From the NCBI GenBank assembly GCA_043807825.1, contig JAZDFM010000034.1:2700-66699 (forward strand): a DNA stretch of 64,000 nt. Direction: 5' to 3'. The notes beneath the pieces are model-generated. The model worked only from the letters and a program-made list of their open reading frames with translations, did not search any database and was not told the origin of the DNA. Position numbers and translations under genes: made by a program. Position 1 is the first letter of the stretch. Each line of letters starts with the position of its first letter. Below, piece by piece: positions 9,633 through 19,749 of this stretch. This DNA is from a bacterium (GTDB lineage Bacteria; Patescibacteriota; Patescibacteriia; Patescibacteriales; GWC2-42-12).

Positions 9633-10187
9633 ATGGCTGACAAAAAAATCATTATTGGTTTGGCCGGAGAAATATGCGCCGGCAAAGGCGCGATCGTGAA
9701 ATACTTAACGGAAAAGCGCGGCGCCGCGTCTTATCGCTTTTCCACAATGTTGCGCGATTTGTTAAACAGGCTCTATTTGCCGGTTTCCAGAGAAAACATG
9801 CAATTGATTTCCACGGCTATGCGCCAAACTTTCGGCGAAGACATTATGGCGAAAGTAATCGCCGAAGATGTTAAAAATGAGAAGAACAGCATTGTCATAA
9901 TTGACGGCGTCAGGCGGATAGCTGATATAAAATACTTGCGGGAAATTGAAAATTTTAAATTAGCCGGCATCATAGCTGAGCCTGAAACCAGATATAACAG
10001 ATTGATTGCCAGAAAAGAAAATCAAGGCGATGAAAATAAAACTTATGAAGAATTTTTAGCCGACCACAAAAAAGAAGCTGACGCTCAAGTGCCGGTAGTT
10101 ATGGCGCAAGCCGATCTGGAAATTGAAAACAACGGCAGTTTGGAAAATTTATATAAGCAAGTTGACCAAATCATAAATAACAGCTAA
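9633..10187 (+). CDS. P-loop nucleoside/nucleotide kinase family protein (dNMP-kinase-like; specificity unknown)
   Basis: Walker A GLAGEICAGKGA, then IIDGVRR. Context sits between folA and tmk. Confidence 0.5.
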   Translation: MADKKIIIGLAGEICAGKGAIVKYLTEKRGAASYRFSTMLRDLLNRLYLPVSRENMQLISTAMRQTFGEDIMAKVIAEDVKNEKNSIVIIDGVRRIADIKYLREIENFKLAGIIAEPETRYNRLIARKENQGDENKTYEEFLADHKKEADAQVPVVMAQADLEIENNGSLENLYKQVDQIINNS

Positions 10188-10220
10188 ATTATTATTATAA
10201 TAAAAACAGCATTAAGGAGG

Positions 10221-10256
10221 CAGACAGTTTCAGACAGTCTGTCTTTTATTTTTTAA
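10221..10256 (+). terminator. Rho-independent terminator-like hairpin plus T-tract
   Basis: 'cagacag...ctgtctt' stem followed by ttttatttttt, between the kinase gene and the tmk::dut start. Confidence 0.4.
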
Positions 10257-10259
10257 TAT

Positions 10260-11405
10260 ATGCGACAAACATCGGGAAAATTTATCGTGATTGACGGCGC
10301 CGACGGTTCAGGTAAAGCGACACAAACCGAAATACTGGCCAGAAGATTGAGGCAAGCCGGATTTTCCGTGGAAGTGGCGGATTTTCCCCAATATAACACC
10401 AAATCAGCCGGATTGGTTGAAGAATATTTAAGCGGCAAATACGGCTCTCCCGAACAAGTCGGGCCTTACCGCGCTTCAATTTTTTACGCCTGCGACCGCT
10501 ATGACGCCAGCTTTAAAATCAGGCGTTGGCTTAATCAGGGAAAAATCGTGATTTCCAACCGCTATGTCACGGCCAATATGGGCCATCAGGGAGGAAAAAT
10601 TTCCAATCCGCTGGAAAAAAAACATTTTTTTGACTGGCTGAATCAGCTTGAATATGAAATTTTCAACATTCCGCGCCCAGACTTGAATATCATTCTGCAT
10701 GTTCCGGCGGAAATATCGCAAGCATTGGCGCAACGCCGACAGAAGCAAGATTGGATCGGCAAAACCAATGACATTCATCAAGACGATATCGCGCACCTTG
10801 AAAGCGCGGAACGGACTTACTTGCAAATCGCGCGAGATTTTCCCGATTTCAGCCTGATTGAATGCGCGAGCGGCCGGCGAATTTTGAGCCGGGAAGAAAT
10901 AAGCGGTTTGGTTTGGAATCGCGTCGTAAAATTATTTGAATCCGCTAAAACAATTTCCGATGAAACAAAAACAACAAACAGCTTAAAATTAAAAGTTGAA
11001 AAAATATCGCCTTTAGCCAAAATTCCGACACGGGCTTATTCTCATGACGCCGGTTTGGATTTATACGCGGCGGATTATTATTCATTGTTTCCAGGAGATT
11101 TCACCATTATCAAAACCGGCATAAAAATCGCCATTCCAAACGGCTTTGCCGGCTTAGTATGGGATAAAGGCGGAATAGCCAAAACAGGCATACATTCCAT
11201 GGCTGGCGTAGTTGACTCCGGATTCATGGGGGAAATTACCGTAGAATTGATCAACTTGAGCCATGACATTTTCCATATCGCTCCGGGGCAAAAAATCGCG
11301 CAATTGTTAATCCAAAAAATTGAAACGCCGGAAATCGCGGAAGAGCCTGTCGCGGACGAAACGGACAGAAAAGACGGATGTTTCGGAAGTTCGGGGTTGT
11401 TTTAA
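10260..11405 (+). CDS. tmk: Fusion protein: thymidylate kinase (N-terminal) and dUTP pyrophosphatase (C-terminal)
   Basis: N-terminus IVIDGADGSGKATQ (P-loop) and CDRYDAS (DRY) are Tmk motifs. The C-terminus carries dUTPase motifs 1 (HDAGLDLYA), 3 (GVVDSGFMGE), 4 (KIAQLLI) and 5 (RKDGCFGSSG). It is a single uninterrupted 381-aa ORF. Confidence 0.85.
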   Translation: MRQTSGKFIVIDGADGSGKATQTEILARRLRQAGFSVEVADFPQYNTKSAGLVEEYLSGKYGSPEQVGPYRASIFYACDRYDASFKIRRWLNQGKIVISNRYVTANMGHQGGKISNPLEKKHFFDWLNQLEYEIFNIPRPDLNIILHVPAEISQALAQRRQKQDWIGKTNDIHQDDIAHLESAERTYLQIARDFPDFSLIECASGRRILSREEISGLVWNRVVKLFESAKTISDETKTTNSLKLKVEKISPLAKIPTRAYSHDAGLDLYAADYYSLFPGDFTIIKTGIKIAIPNGFAGLVWDKGGIAKTGIHSMAGVVDSGFMGEITVELINLSHDIFHIAPGQKIAQLLIQKIETPEIAEEPVADETDRKDGCFGSSGLF

Positions 11406-11413
11406 AAATCAAT

Positions 11414-11542
11414 TGTCATTGCGAGCCATGTAATCGTGGCGAAGCAATCTCTAGTTCAAAGCGCTACAACAATCATTATAATCAACAGTTTGTGATTTTA
11501 ACCTCAGATTGCTTCGCTTCACTCCGTTGCGCTCGCAATGAC
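11414..11542 (+). repeat. Full-length type-A palindromic hairpin repeat
   Basis: tgtcattgcgagccatgtaatcgtggcgaagcaatctc ... cagattgcttcgcttcactccgttgcgctcgcaatgaca, between tmk::dut and gatB. Confidence 0.85.
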
Positions 11543-11562
11543 AATTATGTTAATATTAAGCT

Positions 11563-13071
11563 ATGCCATACGACACAATAATCGGCCTTGAAATCCATGC
11601 CGAGCTGAAAACCAAATCCAAAATGTTCTGCTCATGCGACAATGACGCGCAGAATAAAAAACCCAACACCGCGGTTTGTCCAATCTGCATGGCGCACCCG
11701 GGAACATTGCCTGTTCCCAATAAACAAGCAGTTGAATGGACGATTTTAATCGGCCTGGCTTTAAATTGCAAAATCAACAATATTTCCAAATTTGACCGAA
11801 AAAATTATTTTTATCCTGACTTGCCGAAAGGCTACCAAATTTCACAATACGACTTGCCTATCGCTTACGACGGTTTTTTAGAAATTGACGGCAAGCCCGT
11901 CTTGATAACTAGAATACATTTGGAAGAAGATACCGGAAAGCTCATCCACCCGGCCGGAAAAAAATATTCTTTGGTTGATTTCAACCGCGCCGGAACTCCT
12001 CTGATTGAAATGGTAACCGAACCGATCATAAAAGACGCGGCCACCGCCAAAAAATTCGCCCAAAACTACCAACAAATTTTAAGATTTTTAGGCATATCAA
12101 ACGCGGACATGGAAAAAGGCGAAATGCGCTGTGAAGCCAATATCAGCATTCAGGAAGAAGGCAAATGGAAATATGAAAACGGCCAAATTCTGCCGATCGG
12201 CGATTACAGGTTAAATCCTAAAGTTGAATTGAAAAATATAAATTCTTTCAAATACATGGAAAAGGCCGTTGATTACGAAATCAAGCGGCAGATCAAAGCT
12301 TTGGAAGAACATGAAAAATTGGTTCAGGAAACTCGCGGTTGGAACAATGACAAGGGCATATCGTTCAGCCAAAGGATAAAAGAAACATCCGCTGATTACA
12401 GATATTTCCCGGAGCCTGACATACCGCCTTTAAAAATAAGCCAACAATGGATTGATAAAATAAAAGCCGGCATGGGAGAATTGCCTGCCGAAAAAATCAA
12501 ACGCTTTCAAGATGAATATTTATTCTCGGAGAAAGAGGCTGAAATTTTGGCATTGGACAAAGATTTGGCGAAATTCACGGAACAAGTGATTTCCGAATTG
12601 CGCGCTTGGATCAAAGCCGAAGGCGACAGCTGGAGCAGGCAGAAACACAAATTAGCCAAGGCAACGGCCAACTGGCTGATTAACGAGCTTTTCAAGCATT
12701 TAAAAACAGACGGGATAAGCATAAAAAACCTCAAAATAACTCCTGAAAATTTCGCCGAATTCATTTGCTTGGTTTATCAAGAAAAAATAAATTCTTCGGC
12801 CGCGCAGACTATTTTGGAGCAGATGTGCAAAAAAGGCGGCGATCCAACGGATATTATGGCTGAATTGGGTTTGGAACAGCTTGATGACCGCGAATCTTTG
12901 GAGAAAATTATCGCAGAAGTCGTATTCAAAAATCAAAAACAGGCGGAACAATATAAAGCCGGAAAAGCCAATGTCCTGCAATTCTTGGTCGGACAAGTAA
13001 TGGCCGCCACTAAAGGCAAGGCCAATCCGAAAGTCGCGGTTGAGCTGTTAAAATCCGCGCTTGCCAAATAA
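11563..13071 (+). CDS. gatB: Asp-tRNA(Asn)/Glu-tRNA(Gln) amidotransferase subunit B
   Basis: MPYDTIIGLEIHAELKTKSKMFCSC... and the C-terminal YqeY-like domain. Confidence 0.95.
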   Translation: MPYDTIIGLEIHAELKTKSKMFCSCDNDAQNKKPNTAVCPICMAHPGTLPVPNKQAVEWTILIGLALNCKINNISKFDRKNYFYPDLPKGYQISQYDLPIAYDGFLEIDGKPVLITRIHLEEDTGKLIHPAGKKYSLVDFNRAGTPLIEMVTEPIIKDAATAKKFAQNYQQILRFLGISNADMEKGEMRCEANISIQEEGKWKYENGQILPIGDYRLNPKVELKNINSFKYMEKAVDYEIKRQIKALEEHEKLVQETRGWNNDKGISFSQRIKETSADYRYFPEPDIPPLKISQQWIDKIKAGMGELPAEKIKRFQDEYLFSEKEAEILALDKDLAKFTEQVISELRAWIKAEGDSWSRQKHKLAKATANWLINELFKHLKTDGISIKNLKITPENFAEFICLVYQEKINSSAAQTILEQMCKKGGDPTDIMAELGLEQLDDRESLEKIIAEVVFKNQKQAEQYKAGKANVLQFLVGQVMAATKGKANPKVAVELLKSALAK

Positions 13072-13175
13072 CCGGCGCCGTGATAAAATATTTCCAATGC
13101 GAAAAAATCATCCAAAAAATAAATTTTACATAACGGCTTGGGTAAAAGCCCGAGGCGAAAAATTATTTTTTAAAA

Positions 13176-13210
13176 ATTCCCCGTTCAAATGAACAGGGAA
13201 TTTTTTTATT
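13176..13210 (+). terminator. Rho-independent terminator downstream of gatB
   Basis: ttccccgttca-aa-tgaacagggaa stem followed by ttttttt. Confidence 0.6.
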
Positions 13211-13229
13211 CAACAGATCTTTAAAAAAA

Positions 13230-13620
13230 GGGGGGCATTATGGAAAAAGAAAATTTCTGCATGTTTTTAAAAACATGCGCTTTTGGCACAAGCGCGTGTA
13301 ACACAGAGCAAGCCGCGCTATGCGGCGAATTTTTCAGGCGCCAAATTTTGGCGCAAACTCCATGTCCGATTATGGCGGACATGGGATATAACGGCGAACT
13401 CGCCAAATGCGATTCGCCGGATTTGCGCGCGCAGGTGCCGAGCGAAAAGTCTTGCCGTAAAAACGGCAGATGCATCCGCGAAGAACTATGCCATAAATTT
13501 TTTTTCTCGTACTTAAGATTGTACGGAGAAAAAAGATTTGTGGAACTCCGCAAACCCATAAAAATTTGCTTGGAGTCATAATGTCAGGGGATTGCGCCAA
13601 AGCAATCCCCTTTCTACTTT
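13230..13620 (+). ncRNA. Candidate structured non-coding RNA (GC-rich, hairpin-dense); possible RNase P RNA-like element
   Basis: About 390 nt of markedly higher GC than the surroundings, between the convergent genes gatB and miaA. Many local hairpins (gcatgttttt/aaaaacatgc, ggcgcc..ggcgc, gtccg..cggac, ggggattgc..gcaatcccc+ttt). Weak resemblance to RNase P motifs: 'gagcgaaaagtcttgcc' vs GAGGAAAGUCC, and 'gtggaactccgcaaaccca...aaatttg' vs GUGGAACGCGGUAAACCCC...AAAUUUUGG. Overlapping ORFs on both strands look non-coding. Confidence 0.3.
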
Positions 13621-13700
13621 CAGAGCCTGTCTAATAAGCCCATTTCTACTGCGACTTTTAAATTTCCGCATAATTTTTTCTAAATTTTCTCGCCTATACA

Positions 13701-14627
13701 TCAAACAGGCTCTAAAAATTTTTTAACAAGTTTTTCGGCTTTCAGGCCGCTTTTCAACCAATTTATTTCCGCGCCCTGCTTTTCCCAGCGCTTAAACCAA
13801 ACAAGCTGGCGTTTGGCGAATTGGCAGATTGCGATATTCAGCTTTTCAACCATTTCATCATACGGCATTTTGCCCTGCAGATGCAAAGCCATGAATTTAT
13901 ATTCCAACCCGAATTCTTCAAGCCTTTTCCAGCTCAAGCCTTGACGGCGCAATTTTTCCGCTTCGCCGAGCATATTTTCCTTTTCAAGCCTTTCAATCAA
14001 TCTTTGAAAAATTCTTTGTTTCAAAATATTATTTCCAAACTTAACGCCGATAAGCAAAGCCGCGTATTTTTTCGCGCCTTTGCCCATCTTGAAATTTTCA
14101 TCCTGTTCTAAAATTTCCAAATATCTCATCAGCCGGCGCTTGTTGTTTTTGTCGCTTTGATTTAATCTGGCGGCGACTTTCGGCGATAATTTTTTCAATT
14201 TTAAAAACAGCTCTTGAGCGCTTGATTTTTCCAATTTTTTTCTTAAAGCCGAATTTTTTTTCGCGTCCGATAATTTGTAATTGTCAATTACGGCTTGCAT
14301 ATACAAGCCTGAACCGCCGGCCAAAATCGGAATTTTGCCGCGTTTTAAAATATCATCAATGGCCGCAAAAGCCATTTTTTGGTATTTTGCCAAATCAAAT
14401 CTTGTCTTGGGACTTGCCACATCTATTAAATGATACGGAGCAGTGTATTCGCTCAAATCTTTGCCTGTTCCAATGTCCATTCCCCTGTAAACCTGCCTTG
14501 AATCCGCGCTCACAATCTCGCCATTGAATTTGCGGGCCAATTCCACGGCCAGCTTTGTTTTTCCGCACGCTGTTGGGCCTAAAACCGCCAAAATTTTATT
14601 GTTTTTTTTACTCATAGATATTAACAA
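13701..14627 (-). CDS. miaA: tRNA dimethylallyltransferase
   Basis: P-loop ILAVLGPTACGKTKLAVELA, then SADSRQVYRGMDIGTGK. Confidence 0.9.
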   Translation of the reverse strand: MLISMSKKNNKILAVLGPTACGKTKLAVELARKFNGEIVSADSRQVYRGMDIGTGKDLSEYTAPYHLIDVASPKTRFDLAKYQKMAFAAIDDILKRGKIPILAGGSGLYMQAVIDNYKLSDAKKNSALRKKLEKSSAQELFLKLKKLSPKVAARLNQSDKNNKRRLMRYLEILEQDENFKMGKGAKKYAALLIGVKFGNNILKQRIFQRLIERLEKENMLGEAEKLRRQGLSWKRLEEFGLEYKFMALHLQGKMPYDEMVEKLNIAICQFAKRQLVWFKRWEKQGAEINWLKSGLKAEKLVKKFLEPV

Positions 14628-14628
14628 C

Positions 14629-15870
14629 CTAGCCTTCCAGACCGAAATCCATAACTTTATTTATTTTCACATCAACGAATTTTCCGGTTAAATCTTTTTT
14701 ACCGTCTGCCGCAAAAAATTTAACTTTTTTCGCGGTCTCGGTTCTGCCAATCCAATTATTATTTTTGCCTTTCCCTTCCGCCAAGACTTTCACTGTTTTG
14801 CCCGCGTATTTTTTATTGTTGCCCGATACCGCGCGTTTCAATATTTTATTCAATTCTTCTTCGCGCCGCTTTTTTTCCGGCTTGCTTACATTATCCGCCA
14901 TTTTCATAGCCGCGGTTCCTGGCCGCGGGCTGTATTGCGATATGTACGCCATGTCAAATTTGATTTTTTTCATCAACTTCGCCGTATTGCCGAATTGTTT
15001 TTTCGTTTCTCCGGGAAAACCGACTATAATATCGGTTGTAATGGAAACAGGCAATCGCGATATATCGCGATTTAATTGTTTTCTTATTTTTCCGACCAAT
15101 TTCACATAATCATCATGCGTATATTTTCTGTTCATTCTTTTTAATACCGCGTCATCTCCTGATTGCGCAGGCAAATGGATATGACGGCAGACTTTTTCGC
15201 ATTCAGAGATCGTTTTGATCAATTTCGCTGACATGTCTTTGGGATGGCTTGTGTAAAATCTGATCCAAAATTCTCCTTTAACATTATTCGCCATCTTCAG
15301 CAAATCCGCGAAATCAGTTTTCCCGTCTTTATAGCTGTTGACATTTTGGGCTATAAAAACTATTTCTTTGTAATTTTTCTTAACCAAACTTTTAACTTCG
15401 GCAAGCGCGTCTTTGGCCGGCCTCCAGACTTCCCTGCCCCTGGCGTAAGGCACGACGCAGTAAGAGCAAAAATTATTACAGCCGTTGCCGATAGGCGCGA
15501 AAGCCGAAAATTCAGATTCATATTTCGGCTTGGCTTTAAAATAATCGGCGCCTTTGCTATTTGTTATTTGGCCTATTGTCATCCATAAATCCACATGCTT
15601 TTTCAGCCTCCGCCTCACATCTTTTCTGCAAGCTAAACATCCCGTAAGCATAATCTTCGTTTTCGGATTGGCTTTTTTTATTCCGGGTATAAGGCCGTAA
15701 ATTCTGTCTTCGGCCGACTGCCGCACTCCGCAAGTATTTATCACCGCCAAATCAGCCGAATATTTATCTTCGGATTTTTTATATCCTTGTTTTTCAAGAG
15801 CTCCGGCTATTCTTTCGCTGTCTGATTCATTCATCTGACAGCCGATAGTGATGATATGGTAAGTTTTCAT
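14629..15870 (-). CDS. miaB: tRNA-2-methylthio-N6-dimethylallyladenosine synthase (radical SAM methylthiotransferase)
   Basis: MTTase N-domain (TIGCQMN, INTCGV), radical SAM cluster CNNFCSYCVVP, and a TRAM C-terminus. Confidence 0.9.
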   Translation of the reverse strand: MKTYHIITIGCQMNESDSERIAGALEKQGYKKSEDKYSADLAVINTCGVRQSAEDRIYGLIPGIKKANPKTKIMLTGCLACRKDVRRRLKKHVDLWMTIGQITNSKGADYFKAKPKYESEFSAFAPIGNGCNNFCSYCVVPYARGREVWRPAKDALAEVKSLVKKNYKEIVFIAQNVNSYKDGKTDFADLLKMANNVKGEFWIRFYTSHPKDMSAKLIKTISECEKVCRHIHLPAQSGDDAVLKRMNRKYTHDDYVKLVGKIRKQLNRDISRLPVSITTDIIVGFPGETKKQFGNTAKLMKKIKFDMAYISQYSPRPGTAAMKMADNVSKPEKKRREEELNKILKRAVSGNNKKYAGKTVKVLAEGKGKNNNWIGRTETAKKVKFFAADGKKDLTGKFVDVKINKVMDFGLEG

Positions 15871-15875
15871 AAAAA

Positions 15876-16970
15876 TTATATCCCCGACTCTCTTAATATC
15901 TCTTTTTGTTTTTTGGACAATCCGGTCGGAGTTTTCACTATCACTTCCACGAGATGGTCGCCGCGTTTTTCTTGATTTCTCCCGAAATAATCGCGGCCGG
16001 ACAAATGCGGCACGCCTTTATTTTTCATTCTGATAACTCTGCCGGATTGCGTGCCTTCGGGAATCTTCAATTCAACAGGCCCGTCAACTGTTTGGATTTC
16101 AATTTTTCCGCCCAAAGCCGCGGTTGAGACATTTATTTCCGCTTTTGACAAAATATCATAGCCTTGCCGCTTAAATCTTCCATCGGAATTAACCCTGATT
16201 TTAACATACAAATCTCCGGATTGCGATCCTTTTGGCGCGGCTTCGCCTTGTCCCGACAATCTTATTGTTTCATTATCGCCGATGCCGGCGGGAATTTTAA
16301 TTTTTAAATTCGCTATCTGCTGGACAATGCCGGCGCCGTGGCAAGCCGAACATTTTTCTTTAAAAATTTTTCCATGTCCCTCGCAATCTTCGCAAATCGT
16401 CTGCATTCGCATATTGCCCAAAATCGTTCTCTGAGATTTTATAACTTTGCCTTTGCCTCCGCATGTTTTGCAAGTGATTATTTCAGAACCCGGCTCCCTG
16501 CCTTCCCCATGGCATCTGGAACATTCAACGGTTTTTTTGAGGCTGATTTCTTTTTCAACGCCAAAAACCGATTCCATAAAATCAACGGTTAAAATAATCT
16601 GAATATCGCTTCCGCGCCTTGAATGCCGGCGGCCCGATCCCGAATTCCCTGAAAAACCGAAAATATCTCCAAAGCCTCCGAATATATCGCTCAAATCATC
16701 CATATTTATATTAAATCCTCCAAAGCCTTGTTCTCCATACGCCCCGCCAGTTGGCTGATGGTCAAACGATGAGCCGAATTGATCGTATTGGGAACGCTTT
16801 TTTGGGTCGCCTAAAACCTGATAAGCTTCATTAAGCTCCTTGAATTTGGCTTCATCTCCGCCTTGTTTGTCAGGATGAAACTTATGGGCTTTTTCGCGAA
16901 AAGCTTTTTTGATTTCATCTTGAGAAGCGTTTTTGCCTACGCCGAGTATATTATAATAGTCCTTGGACAT
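15876..16970 (-). CDS. dnaJ: Chaperone DnaJ
   Basis: J-domain with HPD (KFHPDKQ), a G/F region, four CxxCxGxG zinc-finger repeats, and a C-terminal domain. Confidence 0.95.
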   Translation of the reverse strand: MSKDYYNILGVGKNASQDEIKKAFREKAHKFHPDKQGGDEAKFKELNEAYQVLGDPKKRSQYDQFGSSFDHQPTGGAYGEQGFGGFNINMDDLSDIFGGFGDIFGFSGNSGSGRRHSRRGSDIQIILTVDFMESVFGVEKEISLKKTVECSRCHGEGREPGSEIITCKTCGGKGKVIKSQRTILGNMRMQTICEDCEGHGKIFKEKCSACHGAGIVQQIANLKIKIPAGIGDNETIRLSGQGEAAPKGSQSGDLYVKIRVNSDGRFKRQGYDILSKAEINVSTAALGGKIEIQTVDGPVELKIPEGTQSGRVIRMKNKGVPHLSGRDYFGRNQEKRGDHLVEVIVKTPTGLSKKQKEILRESGI

Positions 16971-16982
16971 TTTTTTTATTTT

Positions 16983-18860
16983 TTACTTTTTTTCCGTAAA
17001 TTCACCTTCAATCGGCCCTTCGTCTTTTTTGGCTTCGGCTCCGGGTTGAGCGCTTTGAGCTTGCTGATACATGGCCGCTCCGATTTTCTGCGCCACAGCG
17101 CTCAATTCTTCCATTTTTTTCTTAATCTCGCCGATATCTTCTCCGTCTTTTATTTTTTTCAGACCTTCAACTTTTTCCTCAAGCTCTTTTTTATCCTCGG
17201 GTTTGATTTTGTCTCCCGAATCTTTTATCAACTTTTCCGCCTGAAAAACAGCGGCATCGGCTTGATTTTTTATTTCCACTTGTTCGCGCTTTTCCTTGTC
17301 TTCTTCGGCGTGCAATTCAGCTTCTTTTTTCATTTTTTCCACTTCTTCCTTGGATAAGCCGGAAGACGCCGTGATAACTATTTTTTGCTCTTTGCTTGTC
17401 GCTTTGTCTTTGGCTTTGACATTCAATATTCCGTTGGCGTCAATATCAAACGACACTTCAACTTGCGGAATGCCGCGCGGAGCCGAAGGTATGCCGTCCA
17501 AAATAAATCTTCCCAAAGTTTTATTATCGGCGGCCATCGGGCGTTCGCCTTGCAAAACATGGATTTCCACGCTTGTCTGTCCGTCAGCCGCCGTGGAAAA
17601 CACTTGCGACTTTGAAGTCGGAATAGTGGTATTGCGGTCAATCAAAGGAGTGGCTACTCCTCCCAAAGTTTCAATGCCCAAAGTCAAAGGCGTAACATCC
17701 AAAAGTAAAACATCTTTTACATCTCCCTGCAAAACTCCGGCCTGAACCGCCGCGCCCATAGCAACAACTTCGTCGGGATTAACCGTCAAATTCGGCTCTT
17801 TGCCGAAAAATTCTTTTACCGTTTTCAATACCAAAGGCATGCGGGTCATTCCTCCAACCATCACTATTTCATCAATATCTTTAGCTTCAATTCCCGCGTC
17901 TTTCAAAGCGGCCTTAACAGGGCCTATAGTGTTCGCCACCAAATCTCCAACCAGCTCTTCCAGCTTGGCTCTGGTTATTTTCATGACCAAATGCAAAGGC
18001 CTGCCGCTCGGATCAACCGTGATAAACGGCTGATTGATTTCGGTTTCCGGCATGGTGGAAAGCTCAATTTTGGCTTTTTCCGCGGCTTCTTTTATTCTCT
18101 GCAGAGCCAGCGCGTCTTTTGACAAATCAGCGCCTTCGCTTTTTTTAAACTGCTCTATGATAAAAGAGATTATTCTTTGATCAAAATCATCGCCTCCCAA
18201 ATGCGTATCGCCATTGGTGGATTTAACTTCAACAGTATCCGCGCTCACATCAAGAATGGAAATATCAAAAGTTCCGCCGCCCAAATCGTAGACCGCGATT
18301 TGTTCGCCTTTTTTCTTTTCAAATCCGTAAGCCAGCGCCGCGGCAGTCGGTTCATTGATGATTCTTTTAACATCCAAACCCGCGATTTTTCCGGCGTCTT
18401 TAGTCGCCTGCCTTTGAGAATCATTGAAATAAGCCGGAACGGTTATAATGGCTTCGGTGATTTTTTCCCCGATTTTGGCTTCAGCGTCTGCTTTAAGTTT
18501 TGACAATATCATGGCCGAAACTTCCTGCGGAGTGTATTCTTTATCTCCAATTTTCACTTTTACTCCTCCGTTAGACTTGACAATTTTATACGGCATGGAT
18601 TTTAAATCCCTCTGCACTTCTTCGTCTTCAAAACTTCTGCCGATCAAACGCTTAATGGAAAAAATGGTATTTTCCGGATTTGTCACCGCTTGCCTTTTCG
18701 CCGACATGCCGACCAATCGTTCGCTGTTTTTCGTCATAGCCGCGATTGACGGCGTGGTTCTGGCGCCTTCAACATTTTCAATGATTTTCGGCTGTCCGCC
18801 CTCAATAATGGCCATTGCCGAATTAGTCGTTCCCAAATCAATTCCTAATATTTTTGGCAT
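16983..18860 (-). CDS. dnaK: Chaperone DnaK (Hsp70)
   Basis: [18 protein letters not shown]..., DLGGGTFD, and an EEVD-like acidic tail. The start is placed at MPKIL (ATG at 18860..18858); the track's upstream ATG at 18875 lies inside the repeat (tgtcat) and is probably not used. Confidence 0.95.
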   Translation of the reverse strand: MPKILGIDLGTTNSAMAIIEGGQPKIIENVEGARTTPSIAAMTKNSERLVGMSAKRQAVTNPENTIFSIKRLIGRSFEDEEVQRDLKSMPYKIVKSNGGVKVKIGDKEYTPQEVSAMILSKLKADAEAKIGEKITEAIITVPAYFNDSQRQATKDAGKIAGLDVKRIINEPTAAALAYGFEKKKGEQIAVYDLGGGTFDISILDVSADTVEVKSTNGDTHLGGDDFDQRIISFIIEQFKKSEGADLSKDALALQRIKEAAEKAKIELSTMPETEINQPFITVDPSGRPLHLVMKITRAKLEELVGDLVANTIGPVKAALKDAGIEAKDIDEIVMVGGMTRMPLVLKTVKEFFGKEPNLTVNPDEVVAMGAAVQAGVLQGDVKDVLLLDVTPLTLGIETLGGVATPLIDRNTTIPTSKSQVFSTAADGQTSVEIHVLQGERPMAADNKTLGRFILDGIPSAPRGIPQVEVSFDIDANGILNVKAKDKATSKEQKIVITASSGLSKEEVEKMKKEAELHAEEDKEKREQVEIKNQADAAVFQAEKLIKDSGDKIKPEDKKELEEKVEGLKKIKDGEDIGEIKKKMEELSAVAQKIGAAMYQQAQSAQPGAEAKKDEGPIEGEFTEKK

Positions 18861-18869
18861 ATACCTTAT

Positions 18870-18904
18870 TGTCATTGCGAGGAGCGTAGCGACGAAGCAA
18901 TCTC
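18870..18904 (+). repeat. Half-copy of the type-A repeat immediately upstream of dnaK
   Basis: 'tgtcattgcgaggagcgtagcgacgaagcaatctc'. Confidence 0.8.
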
Positions 18905-18978
18905 ATTTACTTTGCTAATCGCCAAAACTCATCTCAATGGTTAAATTAATTTATTATATATTTTAAACTTCTTATTTT

Positions 18979-19029
18979 CGTCATTCCGGCTTTAAGCCGG
19001 AATCCAGGTTTAGTCGCATCAAAATGACA
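18979..19029 (+). repeat. Degenerate type-B-like repeat (gtcattccggctttaagccggaatccagg ... aaaatgacaa)
   Basis: Same TGTCATTCC / AATGACA termini as the elements at 50710 and 61073. Confidence 0.6.
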
Positions 19030-19092
19030 AATTCAATTATTAATTATTCTATCATTATTTAAATACTGATTTTAATCATGATTCTTTTCTTC

Positions 19093-19150
19093 CGTCATTC
19101 CCGCTTGCGTCCGCCTCGGCTTCACTCCGGCGAGACGGGCTTGAATGACA
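19093..19150 (+). repeat. Repeat variant (cgtcattcccgcttgcg...gggcttgaatgaca)
   Basis: Family termini gtcattcccgc / aatgaca. Confidence 0.6.
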
Positions 19151-19160
19151 GGTTTGAGGT

Positions 19161-19304
19161 TGTCATTGCCCGCCTTGCCTCGCGTTGCGACGCAAGGCGG
19201 GCAATCTCACGGACAACAAGTTGCGATAAAGCTTTCCACTTTATTTTAAACTCCTTATTCGTGAGATTGCTTCGTCGGCCGAGTACGGCCTCCTCGCAAT
19301 GACA
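19161..19304 (+). repeat. Full-length type-A repeat, near-identical in its core to the copy at 28440..28566
   Basis: Shares 'gcctcgcgttgcgacgcaaggcgggcaatctcacgg' and 'ttcgtgagattgcttcgtcgg...ctcctcgcaatgaca' with the 28.4-kb copy. Confidence 0.85.
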
Positions 19305-19327
19305 GAATTAGAGTTACGCGTTATGCG

Positions 19328-19738
19328 TTACGAGTTACGCGATTTCCCCGTTTTTATTTTAATCGTTTTTGGCTTGGCTTCGGGAGCTTTTGGAACAGCG
19401 ATTTTTAGAATTCCGTTAACAGCCTCGGCCGAAGCTTTTTCTCCGATTACATGCGACGGCAACGGAACACTGCGGTAAAAACTGCCGCGCCTTATTTCTT
19501 TTCTGTAATAATTCTTATCTTCCACTTCGCTCTTTTTTTCGCTTTCGCCTTTAATCGTCAAAATATCGTTTTCAATGGAAATATCAATTTTTTCCGGATC
19601 AATTCCGGCAAGTTGCGTTTCAATATAAACATTTTCTTTATCCTGATAAACATCCACGGCCGGCATTAAATTTTCAAACATTTTATCCATATCCTCAAAC
19701 GGTTCAAGGAATGGAGTCCATTTTATAATTGGTGACAT
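19328..19738 (-). CDS. Hsp20/alpha-crystallin family small heat-shock protein
   Basis: Alpha-crystallin domain (VDVYQDKENVYIETQLAGIDPEKIDISIENDILTIKGE...GSFYRSVPLP). Confidence 0.85.
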   Translation of the reverse strand: MSPIIKWTPFLEPFEDMDKMFENLMPAVDVYQDKENVYIETQLAGIDPEKIDISIENDILTIKGESEKKSEVEDKNYYRKEIRRGSFYRSVPLPSHVIGEKASAEAVNGILKIAVPKAPEAKPKTIKIKTGKSRNS

Positions 19739-19749
19739 ATGTTTTGTTG

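Noticed and set aside
10215-10220. 'aggagg' as the Shine-Dalgarno for tmk::dut
   Set aside because: It lies about 40 nt upstream of the ATG at 10260 and inside the terminator-like hairpin region, too far away to function as an RBS.
13240-13581. The 113-aa Cys-rich ORF (and antisense ORFs 13221..13559 and 13370..13600) as real proteins
   Set aside because: They overlap each other on both strands inside a GC-rich hairpin-dense segment. The products are low-complexity and Arg/Cys-rich, as expected from translating structured RNA. There is no RBS.
13230-13620. tmRNA (ssrA) as the identity of the GC-rich structured region
   Set aside because: No tRNA-like T-arm (GGTTCGAxTCC) or 3' CCA-proximal acceptor motif is present, and no plausible tag-peptide reading frame ends in ...AA-stop. 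A 4.5S SRP motif (GGAAGGAAGCAGC-like) is also absent.
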